This document shows, in pieces, positions 36,601 through 49,985 of a stretch of DNA of 64,000 nt (position 1 is its first letter; every line of letters begins with the position of its first letter). Below the pieces are notes generated by a model that did not search any database, was not told the DNA's origin, and saw nothing but the letters and a program-made list of their open reading frames with translations. The stretch is from Phoronis australis (Eukaryota; Animalia; Phoronida), in assembly GCA_002633005.1 (NCBI GenBank), contig NMRA01000728.1, positions 114,216 through 178,215 on the forward strand. Direction: 5' to 3'. The translations under genes and the position numbers were made by a program.

Positions 36601-39600
36601 AGTTCAACAAGTACAAAACCAGGTTTCTATTTAAAATCAACCTTGTAATGGGTGGTCCAGGTATCTCCAAAGAGTTATCTCTAGTTAATCCTTACTTATA
36701 AGATCAAACTGGTTGGCACAGTTAGTAATTCGCCTCGTTATCATATCACGAACCGGTTCGTCAGCAGACGTCCCCCTTTCACGTTAACAAAGTACGTGTG
36801 TAGTGGACACAATCGAATGTTTGGTTAATTAGGCAAACCAGATTATATTCTTGCCATAATATTGAGCAACTTCTGTCTAAAGAAAACCAACAATATAAAC
36901 ATTGAATTGTACAATTTGCCGACTAATGACTCGAATCAACGCTGGTGGCAAAGCCGACAAATGTTTAGACCTTTCCTACCATCTACAACAACGAGGGCAT
37001 AATGTGAAGCCAGGCGGTCCTTTGATCTGAAGGGGGTCTAATTCTTCTAACGCCACGTCAAGTTTGTTCTAGCCCGGGGACCAAACTATAACACCGATGA
37101 ATAACAAGTAGCTAATATATTTGCTAATAGCAATAATAGTGTTGAATTCAGGTGGTATTGTAACATGGCCCTAGTAGTCAATTTATACTAAATACCGTGG
37201 AGTGGTTTACCAGCATTTGTCCAAGTCATGTTTTGATTTCATTACCATTCAGCGAATCGCATTCATTCGTTTAGTGTAGCCAAGAGATGTGACCGTGTTG
37301 CTCAATGGGGTTTTAAAGACGCGAAGTACAACAAAGTCAAGATACAACCAAAATATTCCTTTGTGGAGGGGGTTTATTTGCTTATGTTTATGTCTAGTTA
37401 GTCATTCATCTCAAGACGACAATGTTGTTTCTCACACGGTCAGTTATTTTGTTCTGTCTTCTTTATGAATTCGACTAAGAGCCCGTGAAAGGGACTTAGC
37501 GAGTAAATATTGTGATACAATCATTAAGATGCCTAAAAAAGCAAAACGTTAGAGACTTTCCTGACTGTGGTGGCCAAACGATTCAATTCACTATGTTTTG
37601 ACTCAGGCTATCTTGTGTTGTGATAAATTTTAAGAATGTCTTTGGGATGAATGCAGCGAAGAAAGTGATCCGACTGGCTGTCTCCATACTCCGCACGGAG
37701 AATGAGCAGAGCAAACAGCATCGTGCGACAAAGAAAATAAACCAAGCCACAAATCTCCGCTAAGTTTATATTAAAAAACATAACAAAATAATAATAACAG
37801 GTTGGCGAACAAGGAAAGGTATTCTAATGTTTCAAACAATTAAGCGCGTGTATAGGATGGCGCATAAAGGGGAATTGTTAATTGGCGCGTTATTAACTTG
37901 AAACTATTTGCCTTCCTTTGCGTTCGTTCTTTAAAAGATATGCAATCGTACATGTAAATCAGTTACGCATATTATCCTCAAGATAACAAACACGTTTAGG
38001 TATACCGCTCTGAGATAACAAACACGAAGCTTTAAGGAGACGGGTAAAATCAAAAATGTGTGTTTGAATGAAAATGACGCTATCAGACTTCAAGTGGAAT
38101 GTCAAGTATGTTTTGCATTCTATGAACAATAACGCGTAGTTCACGTTTATTATAAATTAGTGTGTACTTAGATACATTTGACAACGTACGGTTGCTGTGG
38201 TCATCGTTTACGTTTCAGATTTCGTAGAGAGCATGCAACTACTCTATCCTGGTTCTTCATTAAAAACAACAGCTTAGTATCATATCGTGTTCACTTTTCA
38301 CAAATTTGCTATACATTCCGTGAACGCACAATGAAGATTTATTTATTATACTGACAAACGTGAAACCCAATTACAAGGGGTCCTATCCAGTCTAGTATCT
38401 TGTAGCACTGAAATTACCACCAGTTTTAAATATTGTAAGCACAAACTGGATAACAGGAAAAATGCCCAATACTGCACTCTAATTGAGTATGTTGTCAATG
38501 GAAGTGATGACGTCACAGAGTGATGTTTAAGCTCTCCTTACAACACTTTTAATTTTATTGGAAAATTCGTAGTTCGTTGTGAGAGGAATTAGACTACGGA
38601 CTGTAATTTTAAAACGAAGTTCCAATCGTAAAATTCCGTTGGCTAATTGGTTATTGGGATTTACATATTTCAACATTTAATGCTGTTTTCCACTCGGATT
38701 GATAGTAGAAAACATGCATGGCAAATTTCCTCCGAGTCTAAGCTTCTAAAAATGAATTGTGTAGGCTCCTTGAACCTTGAAAATGTGTTAATATACCTCG
38801 TCGTCTTGGGAATTACGCGCTTAAAGATAAAGAAGTCGTTATTTCCGTGCACATTTTAAACATGTGCCAAAATAAAAGTGTTCTCAGCGTCTATTCTCTT
38901 CGTACCATGTTTCGGATAACTTTGAACTATATTAGAGCATACAAGACAATACGATATTGAAATCTACGCGGTCACACTTCCTTGTCGGTGCGCGCAAATA
39001 TACGAACCCTGTTTTCGATAGACCTGAGGTATTGAAATAAATATACGTTTATGTCCACATTGTAGGTTTTTAGAGTCGCAATGACTATCTTACATTTACT
39101 TAACAGCCAAAATTGTGCGAGCCACAAATGTAATTTCGACGAGATGTTATGAATACACTGTTGGAATACACTGCCACACATAGACTATATAAGATGCCAT
39201 TTTTGGACTCAAAAGTTGTTCAACACTTTATTATCTTTTTACAGCCTTTGAAAAATTGGTCGGTTGTGCAAAATGTCCCTGTAATCGGCCCTGTTGAATT
39301 ATTAAACGAAGAATTCTGGCGATTCCGCAATTTTAGGGTTGTCAAAAGATGACGATTTCGATGTACTTGTAATTGTTGACAATGGAAATAGAATACTATC
39401 ACGGTATGAAACCGATTTTATGAAAGTAAAAGGCCTAATTCGATCGTCGTTTTTGGCCAATTAAACGAAGCGACATGCAGCTTTAAAAGGACATTGCCGT
39501 TTCTACTGCCGAAAAACGAAAGTTATTGGTGAACGGGATAGATTTTTGAAGTTAGTTTTGCCAGAACTGTGTTAAAATACTTTGTTGTGCTTTGTGGTTT

Positions 39601-42600
39601 TATCAAAAATGCCTATTCTCGTCGTTGTCTGCCAGACTTTACCTGTAAGAGTTAAATACGCTTAAAATATTCTAAGACGGCTAATGAATTTAGCTCAGCC
39701 AGCAAGCAGCGACGCGCGAGTTTCAGGAGCTAGGGCTGATCTCAAAATTGTTTTTCCGATGTCACTTTAATAGTGTAATGTGGACCAGAGGCTTGTTTAT
39801 ACGCGAATGAAAGAACCCGTGCACATATAGATTCATGTAGCGAAAGAATATATGTTTTAAGTTATGTATCGGATGCACTTCTTTAGTTTACGATTTCTAT
39901 CAAGGACATTTTTGCAGTGACACATAAAAATTAGAGTCAACATCCCTTACTTGGATATTATCAATTTGTACCAAAACCACATCATTATCGTCAACAAATG
40001 GCACTGAATCTGATGTCGTCCACAGACAGAGTTTAATTATTAATACAAGGCACGTTTGTAACTTGACGTTTATTTCCCTCGCTTACCATCAACTTTAATG
40101 GTTACAAGCATCGAATTTCGTATAGCGACACCCTAACCATAACGAAAATTTAAATAGTCGTATAGTCGGAGATTGAAATCTATTATAAAAATGTCAGTGA
40201 GTCATTGCCCAGGGAAGCCTGCCGACAACCATGTATCTAACTCGCACTTACGGACCCTTTACTAAATCCGATTAGGTATCACAACAATCGCAGAATTATC
40301 CCGTGACAAAATGATCGAGTTGTCAACCTTAGTTCTCGGGCTATTGTGAAAAATATACGGGATACTATTTCAATTTGTCATTACAATGAGTAAACTTAAT
40401 GAAACCTGGGAGCCTAACTGCACCTAGTCACCTGCGTAATTACATTAAGAAACATCACCAAACATCATCAAATGATCAAAGTTGACACTTGACATTTTAA
40501 GTCTCAGTAGCGGCTTTAAACCACGAACCAACACACTGCGTCAATGTAAAGTGTTACCCGCTGCGGTTTTGATTTGGCGGTTGTTTGCTTAGTTTCCTGC
40601 CGCCAGGGTCGCAGGAAGAAAAAGGCGATAAAAGTCCAAAATAAGAACGAGTCTAATCAAGCCCCTCAATGGGTAGATTTAGATGGGCGCTTGACCCTCC
40701 ACGGCACTTAGGGCAGTAGCATAAAAACAGCGGCAGCGGGGTACCACATTAGGACTATCACTGTGAAGGTATATCGCGGGGCATTGTGATGGAGCTGTCT
40801 CACCCAGCTCATTATGATCTCCTGCATCCGCCAGTGCCCTGTTTAGTGTATATCTGTAGTAGCTCAATAGGCAAACTAGGGGCGTACTGCTAAGGAGTAG
40901 GGCGTCCTCATAACAGGCTGAGGTCAGGCCTCATAGGCACAGTATAGTTGTAAAACTTTGATAACAATTCTGATGAATGGATGTATTATGTGATGATCAG
41001 AGGGAATGTGACTATCATGGAGACCAGCAAGGGTGTCTCGTTATAGCGACCTTGTCCCAAACGCCTAATACCTTAGGGACCAAGAAACCCTATTCTGCCA
41101 CCGAGGGAATTTTGGAAGTCTTAGCAATGAACAGTAAGAAACAATCTATCCAACGGCACGTCATCAAATTTGTTTCTTTCATTGCTCGACCCACTTAGCA
41201 TTGTGTGTAAATGCCGCAGAATCAGAGGGTGGCACGATATTTCGGTTAGTACCGCGCTATTCCAGTTATCTGTGGAAGAAAAAATTCTTTTTGTTCTCTT
41301 ACAGGCCTACAACAAATGACGCCCGTGCACCAGCGTATTCCAGTTCCAGTTCACGCTCAGGAGAGTTTCCCGAGTACATTGGATCTCCCACGTGGTAAGT
41401 AGATTCCAAGATTCCTTCTAGTGCTGATATGTCACGTGCTCGTGAAACGAGTCATTGATAGAATAACTACTAGTTTGAAGAATTCAAGAAATATGAAACA
41501 TATTAGTTCAACGCAAAAAATAATGTTTTTAGTGGAAACGTTATATACTTTTAGTTTTGATCTGAACTTCATTGCTTGTATCCCTAATAAATTTCTCCGT
41601 CAGAAAAGTAAAAAGAGTGCCAGTCGCGAAGTTCTTCGAAACTGGCTACCTACAAAACTTTAGAAAATAAGGATTGCCCAGTTGTTAAAAGCGACGCATT
41701 TTTCAAAACAGCACTTTAGTAAGTGTCAATTTTCATATTTGATTTTTTATTTGCTATTGTAATTTCCACGTTTCCAGGACTCGGCATCTTTCACAGTAAT
41801 GCTATGAATCACAAGGGGGTATTCTGCACAGAGGCAGTTATACCGAAGGGTACTAAATTCGGTCCATTCAAAGGTCGCATCGTGCACGCTGATGAGGTGA
41901 AATCGTTCGACGACAACTCTCACATGTGGGAGGTGAGTTACACTGAGAATGTTGAAAACGAGATCTCGATTTTAAAGACGAGACTGTGTAGGCTTTCGGA
42001 GGGCTAAACTCTGCAACTTCCAACCGAGATTAAAATAAAACGTGTTTGAGAGGGTAAAGATACTCCAATCCGTTTCATTTCAATCAAACACTTCAAGAAA
42101 TTTAATCCGCGAAACAATCTAGTTGCAGTTTTTCTCAATTGATGCTCTTTCAAACCATCATTAAATCTTTCAAAATAACTAGAATTGAATGTTTTTCAAA
42201 ATATTTTTTCAATTTCGTGCGGTGCACTAACAAAATGTACGCTACAGTTGAACGGCATCGAACTTCACTTTTCGTCGATTGCAAGTAAAAACTGCAAATA
42301 CTTCCAGGGTTGTAATTTCAAGATGTTCCTACTTTAGTAATGTCTCTCGACAAACTTTCTCTATGTTCTAATTGGTGGAAAGAAACGAAATAGTTTACAA
42401 ACACGCCAATATCAATTCTATGTTGTTTAGATTTGTTTGTTTTTTTTTTTTTTTTGAAAAATGATAACCTGATGGAAAGGCATCATTTGATGATATTGTC
42501 GACAATATAAAATATTGAACTTTCGTGCCGTGGCTTTCGTACTAACTGCTGCTATATTAACGCTGTTTCAATTTATTTCAAAAACCTTTTTCTGAAGCGA

Positions 42601-45600
42601 TGGAAATCTCATCGTTACTCGATTTCGGCATCTTCATATTTCGGATTCTGACTTCACGTTTTTAAATAACCGTAAAATGCGAACGACGAGGTACGTGCAA
42701 AAACTGGTAGTCAATCGACACTCCTCTGGCTACCGTAGATGTAAGGCTTGTTGGTGCATAGCATTGAAAAACTAAGGGCGCAGCGTTGTGATTTACTCTA
42801 GACTTCTTCGCCTCAGGATGCCGAGTGCGAGAGCATAGATTGAAAATAAGAGAACGACAAGCCTTTTATTTTGCATCACAACTTACAAAAGGAAGGATAT
42901 AGCGAACAAATAAGGAAATAGTCTGACAAGTGGAGTAGACCCCATATTGATAAAGTATGGAGCTGGTTGGAGCCTGACCGAGCGTCCACTGCCGCAGTGA
43001 AGTGGATACACATGTCTACACTCTTTCGAAGTGCTGCTTTCACTATAGGTGGCGCTGTGTCAGAGGGTGGAGAGCGCGTCACCACGTGACTAATCTCAAA
43101 GACATGCGCTACAGCATATGAAAGAATTCGTCGGACAATCAATAGATGACCGTGAAAACTGAGTGCAAGAGTACACTATGCAATATTATTAGTTTCTGTA
43201 GCAGTAGGAAAGAAATGTCTTTTGTAACACAGGCACGCGCCTTTTGATAAATGTTTGCGACATCTTTCGGAAAGTGATGACATCTTCGCCATAGCAAAAT
43301 TTACTCAGAAATCGGTTTGCTAATAATCAAATACTGAAAAATTATAACGAAGTGAAACTAGTTCCTACAATTTGTTATGAAATGTATGCAAATTTTGTGG
43401 AAGAAGAACACTTGATTGAAGAATCTCTGAATTAAAGAAACGGAGTTTCTTCAAAATTTATCCCCAGAGTTTTGGGTAAGAAAAAGGTATCTTGTAAAAG
43501 GTGTTCAAGCGAAACTGGCGTTTGGTCAATGTCAGTAGAATGCAACAACTGACTAATGAAGATTCTATATCTCTTCTTCAAATGAAATTCATTTTTGTCT
43601 ATCTTAGGTATTTACACCAGAGGGCAAATTAAGCCATTTCCTAGATGGCAAAGGTGCAGCTGGTGGGTGGATGACCTACGTGAACTGTGCGCGTTATCCA
43701 AATGAACAGAATCTCGTCGTACATCAGTCAGAACAAGACATTTACTACGAAGCGTGTAAGGATATACCAGCAGGGACGGAACTACTTGTCTGGTACGGTG
43801 ACACCTATCAACAATTTATAGGTATCCCATTGACTATGAAAGAGAACGCGAATGTCAAGAATTCCGACGTAGGAAAGAAAACGGAAGGTTGGTCATGGTG
43901 ATTGTCTTGCATACTGTAATAAGTATATGTCATTCAGTTAGTCACGCTAGACAACAAAATCAAGACAATATTTAGCTTTTGTGCAATAAAATTCGAGTGA
44001 AAATTGTTGTAAGTTGGAGTCAACAAAAACAAAACTACGAATACTGTTTGAGCTACGCTACTAACATTATTTGACAGTGTCATATGATTCGCACAAGCGA
44101 TGTAATGTCTCAATCCATATCCTCATCGACTTGTATGAATTTTCAGCATTAGACGGTTACCAATGCGATCGATGTGGGAAAATGTTTGCTTACGCTTACT
44201 ACAGAGATAAGCACCTCAAATATACACGCTGTGTTGACCAGGGCGACCGGAAATATAAATGTCATCTCTGTGACAGGTACGTGACTCCACCTAGCGATGG
44301 TAAGAGTTTCCATGCTACTACATACTTGTCGGCACACTACAAGCACGGGGTGTGCTGCAAACGTGGCATCGTAAGAGCTTTCCTGATGCAATGGCAACAT
44401 TTTAGGGCGTTCCTCCTCAGATGAATTTAGATTTTAGTATGGACACGATGTTTTAATACGTGGTAGTGTGCCAGGTGCTCTGCCATGTCGAAAATACGTT
44501 TCATTTTTACTCACCATCAACGGCAAATCTTAAGTTACCAAACGCATGTTATCTTTCCATACAATGATAGAAAAATGTTTCCACTGACAAGCAAGTTCAT
44601 GCAGGGTTTTGGCAACTGAGTGGAACGTGTCAAGAGTCATCAATGATGACAGCGTTAGCCAGACCTTTCAAAACTGGGCCGCTCTACATCAACAGATGAA
44701 TACAATCTGCTGTCATCGTGGCAAAGACAATTTTGAAACTTGATTTTCAGAGTTAATCAGCCTTTATCGTGACGATTTTAACATGTCCTGTTAAAGGTGC
44801 ACTTCGCCCCTGTTTAGTTGTCAGTCTTGAATTCTTGACCGAACCATAAAACATTACCTCGCTCATCCGATTTGTTGCTGACTGTGTCAGTGTCACGGTG
44901 AATAAGCCAGAGAGGTAAATACATTTCCTGGTCATTTTTTCGCAAACATAACATTTCTCTTCAATTAAGGATGTCTGGAAATTGTTCATTTGAGTTAGTC
45001 CGAGTTTTATCAGAATCATTTACTGCAGTGATTTGTTCTTGTAACAAATAACCGTATTTCACACACTGTCTCGCTTAGTTTTGGGAATTCGTAACAGGTG
45101 GCGGAAGCGCAGTTTGTATGTTCACCAATGGCGAAAACGGACGTATCTGTCCAAGACCGAAAACCAAAAACCGATTTTGTGTTCATGAAACGATCTTTTC
45201 TGAATATTTGTCGTCGGTACTATCTGAGGCAAATATTTGGTCTTTAGTCTTTAGTCTTTTAAGTCACTTTTCGTGAATCCGGCCCCAGCTCAATGCTAAT
45301 AACTAATAAGTCTGTCCTATCCATCAATAGTCCCTAAAATGCAATTTTCGGCCTTAAAACCTATGAAGTTGCTTTAAGCATAGTATTTTAAAACCACTCC
45401 TTTTGTCTTATTAATAAAGGTCGTTCGAAAAGAGAGACAGGCTGCGTATTCACATATTGCATGTGCACGAAAAGCACAGACCTCACAAATGTACAGTGTG
45501 CGACAAAAGCTTCTCCCAGTCGTCCAGCCTCAACAAACATATGCGAGTGCACAGCGGGGAGCGACCGTACAAATGCATTTACTGTAGCAAGGCTTTCACA

Positions 45601-47532
45601 GCATCCAGTATTCTCAGAACTCATATCAGACAACACTCAGGCGAAAAACCGTTCAAGGTAAGTAATATGGTGTATGTTGAAGAACGTCTGATGGTCGCTC
45701 TGTTCATGAAAGAATGATACTCGCAATAGTAAAGCAATGACAACATTGAAAAGGTGACGTAAATGCTTAGCCACAGAAGGTGATGCCCAGTCACGTGACA
45801 TGGATTTGCATCCCAGTCACGTAACTGTAGTTTGTCACCTTTGAAGACTAACGAAAGACTTCGCGTTGAGTCTTTTTGTGCACTTATGGTTTGATACTTC
45901 CGTGCCAAAAACACGTGAGCACCATACTAAGCTCGGTTTTGGCGGGTTCAACAGATATTAAGAACGACTTTCCCATTCAGCTCTCTGAAACAAAATTTTG
46001 CTTTGTAATACTCGTCAACCTTCAAAAGTTTGCAGCGTTTGAAAACTCCTTGTAAAGTTTGTTAGACTGGCAAGCTCGACCTAAGCTTTAGGCATGTTAC
46101 ACGACAACTGTGACACCGTGAAATGTTTTTTTAAAAACATTAAAACATTAAAATTAAAATTGAATCCAGCTTTTATCACTCAAGTGAGATGCCAATGGTA
46201 CATTAGCAGGGTACATAACGAGGATTGGTTGAAATCACAACGACAGGGTTTAGTATCCTTTTCAAGGGGAATGCAACTGTTTTTAGTGTCATGTTGGTTA
46301 AATAACGATTTCTGGCTATATTACATAGTTTTTACTAAAGTCATTCCACGTGGTAACTTCGATCCGGAAGTGATATACGCAGCCCGAATCATTCCCAGCC
46401 GTCCTTGTTCACGTGATTGTTTTTGACATTGGATGCGTCATTATGTACGCTATACGAGAGCAAGGATTCCATTTATGAATAAGGGTTTGCTATTACGATC
46501 TGTTCAATGTTGTTAATGAGAAAAGAGCTGAGTTAGTAAGAAGTGAAATGTGGTCGGTGAGAAGAGAATTGCGGCAATGAGAAAAGGATGTTGAGCGGAT
46601 CGCGAGGGAGGGAGATTGACTACCCCGTTTTCGCTATCATTTTTCTGTTCTGTTTTAACAAGATTCCTTGTATTTGTTGTAGTGCAAGCACTGTGGAAAA
46701 GCGTTTGCTTCACATGCCGCTCACGACAGCCACGTGCGGCGAACACATAATAAAGACAAATATTTCGACAGTGACACGACACTACATACGGGTACGTAAA
46801 GCGACACTTGAAAATCATCATTTCATCTGGATGCTTCCAGAAAATGAAACTGTTTTTAAACACAGGCTATACTAGACCTCAGGTGTTGAAATTATTACGA
46901 GTAGTTAAAACTATAGCTAGTCGGTTATACTGATCGAGGCATGGGCGTAGAATCAACCCTCAAAGTATATTCAACCCATAGGCTCGAGGAAGCAGAATAC
47001 TGTCATAAATTTCACGGCAATCTCCTGGTATGGAGGAACAAAGTTAACTTATTAATAATGTAAGAAACTTTGAGAGGGATGTATTCATTTTTATAAAGGA
47101 TTGGTTTCTCTTGAAACTGTTTTCTCACCCGGTTAAACTGCGGTTGTTCATTTTCGCATTTTAAAAAGCTGTTGTAATGAAGACATAAACTATCGAACAT
47201 ATGCTTAGCTTCTGGAGGACAGTTTGCGTTTTTTTCACTGTCCGAAATAAAAGGATGTTTAGGCCTACATCAATCTTTTGTTGCAAGTTACAAGTGAGAT
47301 ATCATAAACGCTTTTTCTATTGCCATACCACTATTATATGTAAGGACTAACGTTTGACGGAACTTGTGGCGTTTTCCCTCTTAATGAATTGAAAAAAATT
47401 AAGTTAACATTTGTTCATATTCCAGGCGTATTCTCACCACATAGTCCCTCTGTAAAAAGTGAAGCCTCAACAAGCGGATACAGCGACTCTACCAGTGATA
47501 TCGTGGAAGAAACTATCGACGTGGTTGCATGA
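33560..47532 (+). CDS. PRDM14: PR/SET domain zinc finger protein 14 (9 coding exons, about 461 aa)
   Basis: Exons 33560-33606, 34786-35015, 41305-41394, 41778-41932, 43608-43887, 44147-44276, 45420-45657, 46683-46791, 47426-47532. All GT-AG and phase-consistent, 1386 nt in total. Diagnostic motifs: FTQRDLDLVLYG (pre-SET); PR domain GTKFGPFKG, WMTYVNCAR..EQNL, ELLVWYG; fingers YYRDKHLKYTRC, SFEKRDRLRIHILHVH, SQSSSLNKHMRVH, TASSILRTHIRQH, ASHAAHDSHVRRTH, nearly identical to vertebrate PRDM14 as I recall it. Confidence 0.95.
34786..35015 (+). CDS. PRDM14: PRDM14 exon with the pre-SET FTxxDLxxVLYG motif
   Basis: ttttcag| acceptor and G|gtattt donor; encodes SLFTQRDLDLVLYGYAP. Confidence 0.85.
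35290..35690. mobile_element. About 400-bp MITE, PIF/Harbinger-like, copy 3 (PRDM14 intron)
   Basis: Same internal sequence, slightly decayed TIRs, flanks CAG / CTG. Confidence 0.85.
41305..41394 (+). CDS. PRDM14: PRDM14 exon preceding the PR domain (ends TLDLPRG)
   Basis: Polypyrimidine tract plus acag| acceptor, G|gtaagt donor, phase 1-1. LDLPRG|L matches the LxLPxGL start of PR domains. Confidence 0.85.
41778..41932 (+). CDS. PRDM14: PRDM14 PR/SET exon 1
   Basis: GVFCTEAVIPKGTKFGPFKGRIV...NSHMWE; tttccag| and |gtgagt. Confidence 0.95.
43608..43887 (+). CDS. PRDM14: PRDM14 PR/SET exon 2
   Basis: VFTPEGKLSHFLDG...WMTYVNCARYPNEQNL...ELLVWYGDTY; cttag| and G|gttggt. Confidence 0.95.
44147..44276 (+). 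CDS. PRDM14: PRDM14 zinc finger 1 and start of finger 2
   Basis: YQCDRCGKMFAYAYYRDKHLKYTRCVDQGDRKYKCHLCD; tttcag| and AG|gtacgt. Confidence 0.95.
45420..45657 (+). CDS. PRDM14: PRDM14 zinc fingers 2-4
   Basis: SFEKRDRLRIHILHVHEKHRPHKC...HSGERPYKC...HSGEKPFK; donor |gtaagt. Confidence 0.97.
46683..46791 (+). CDS. PRDM14: PRDM14 zinc finger 5
   Basis: ttgtag| CKHCGKAFASHAAHDSHVRRTHNKDKYFDSDTTLHT G|gtacgt; this frame is missing from the ORF track. Confidence 0.93.
47426..47532 (+). CDS. PRDM14: PRDM14 probable terminal exon (GVFSPHSPSVKSEASTSGYSDSTSDIVEETIDVVA*)
   Basis: ttccag| acceptor in the required phase 1, open to TGA at 47530-47532, protein-like Ser/acidic composition. Confidence 0.7.
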
Positions 47533-48439
47533 ACTGCCATGCAAGCAGTTCCATCTAGCGCCATTTTTGAAAACCATTATTTCGGTGCTTGTTTTCTTGT
47601 TTTTATAACGTCAAATATCCTAGTTCCACGTGATAAAACTATTGACCGAATTCACCGCCGCTAACTTGATATATTTCAGTTCGACCGGCTTGGCATATAT
47701 TTATTATGTAATTAGCTCAGCTAATTGGTCACGTTAAAATCGACAACCCTAAATTAAACTAATCAAACTTGTGTCGGTGAATCTAACGTTGTATGGCTCG
47801 ACTCCTCTTGGTCCGTACTTGAATGTTATAATGATTAGAAACACTAACTTGACGCATGAGAAAACCTCTGTAGACGCCTCAATGCCGTAAAAGTGCCTTT
47901 TACAGATGGCGCTGTGTGAGCCTCTAATAGATAGCAAAGTACTCAAATGGTGCGTGACCATATGGTAGTATTAGATAAGGATTGCGGATAATTTTCTCTT
48001 AGGACTGTTAAAGAGGCCTTTTCTGTTTCATTTTAGGTAAAATCTTGAGCTAATTTTGCGGAAAACCTATTGAATTAGTGAAAGAATCCTTACGATGCCA
48101 TTTCATTTTGGCATCAGATTTTTTTTCAACATAAACAGATATAATATTTCAAATTTCTGGTGGTGCACGCTAACAAAGTTGTTTCCATACTAATATGACA
48201 CTGAACTTCACATTTTGTACTCTTAGAAAGTTTGCCAGTAAAATATTACACATACATATTTGGCTGAAAACTGATGAATTTTCAAATTTTAAAATGCCAT
48301 TAACTTCGAGAAAGGAGAATTTGTGAGACCAACCCAACCGCGGATTCGAATGGAAACCTTCGCGGCCTACGCCAATCCTTCTGCTGGTTGAGCTAAAGCT
48401 CATTCAGTAAATGGAAGAGCAATTTAATCGTTTAGTCCC

Positions 48440-48561
48440 ACTCCTTGATTTCAGTGAATGTCTGGCAGCCAACGACGGTAATTGGCGACTTGTAAAAAAT
48501 CATAAAAACCTAACTTGGCTCTACTCAAAGCTAATAACTTCAAAAGTCTATCCAATCCAAC
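48440..48561 (+). repeat. Old dispersed repeat fragment, second copy at about 59642-59770
   Basis: cag(t/c)gaatgtctggcag..aacg..gg..attggcga ... aaagctaataacttcaa ... atccaac in both places. Confidence 0.7.
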
Positions 48562-49409
48562 GAGAAATCCAAAAATGCGTTTTCCGGCCACAAAAAAACG
48601 ATAATACCCTTTCCACGATAACGGTATATTTTAGACAGTATTGATGAGACTCGTTCTTTGTCTGAAGCTGGTGTACACTAGGGAAACAGTACCTTCAATA
48701 TACCAGGGCTGTGTAACGTAAACGCAAAAAAACTTGCGAATACGGAACATCATCTCAAGATATCGTCATGCATTACAAACCAAACACGTTTACTCGTAAA
48801 TGTCTTGCGTCTACGGAGCGCAGCCCCGCCAGCGTCCTCTTGGTGTATGGTGAAGTTCAGAATTGAACCGCTGGTTCGCTGGGGGTTTGAAGTAGTTAAT
48901 CTGTAGTTTGTTCGTTTAAAGAGCGACGAATTTTAATTAATTTATTGCTTTCGATGTGTTCATGAAATATTTTTTAATATTGTACAACTAAAGCAGCAGG
49001 ATATGTTTTGTTGCCACGTGTATTGATCTCGCCGAGTTTATCTTGCCGTTGGATTATTAATTAGTAAACTTTTCGTTAAAGGATCGTGAAAACATTCCGA
49101 GCACTATGTATTGTTAATGATAAACATTTATATAATACATGTAATCCGTTATTTATTCATTGCCCAATAGAAATAAACGAATCTAAACTTAATCAGGCTT
49201 TTGTGTGAATATGCATTTTTCAAATCAACGCTGCCTTGAAAATTTCACTTTTGCGCATATTGCCAAGTGACTTTTACAAGACAGGAGTGGTGGCAGATCC
49301 TATGTACCCAATAGATGTCGCCGCTGTGAGTTCCTAGATGATTTGACAGTCTTAAGTTTAGGCTTTGGGGGCACAGAAATGTTCTCATTGCGTTTTGTCT
49401 ATCAGAACA

Positions 49410-49985
49410 CAAGTCAGTGGACCTTTACTTCACTCTGCCGAAAACGGTATGTAAAAATGAAGTTTCGAGTCATTTCACATCAGAAGAGCACAGCAATGTT
49501 ACTCTCGCTAGTAGTTTTTGGCCCTTTCACTCGTACTGAAAAGCAAGGTTTGCTAAAAAAGGGGTAATAAACACCAAATCGGAACTTTTCACCCCAAAAC
49601 CACCACCTCCTTGCCGATATGCGACATAAGCCAACATTACATTCTTAAAACAAATTTCCTACAGATTACAAAAATGTTGCCCAAAACTACTGCCAGGCAA
49701 CCAACTAGCTTTTTGCAATTCTGACTTCTCTGAGTACTACCTGAAATCGGAGTCGGTTTCTCAGTCGCTACCCAGTAATGCACAAATGCAACAAGGGGGC
49801 TGCTTGAAGAAGGGTGCAGCTACAGCCGAGCAAGGGGTCTTTTTCCATTCTCAACATGTTCACAAATACAAACAAAATACATTCACTGAGCCTGTGTGCA
49901 GCATCTACCTCAAAACTGCCCCAAACCTGGCCTACTCCTAGAATTTAACATTTTGGAGTGCAAATTGGCCGCGGCTGCAGCCAAA
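49410..49985 (+). repeat. Old dispersed repeat also found in FABP intron 3
   Basis: Shared blocks (gccctttcact, aatttcctaca, catgttcac..ataca, attcactga, gcaaatt) in the same order as about 3000-3545 and 20632-21050. Boundaries approximate. Confidence 0.65.
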
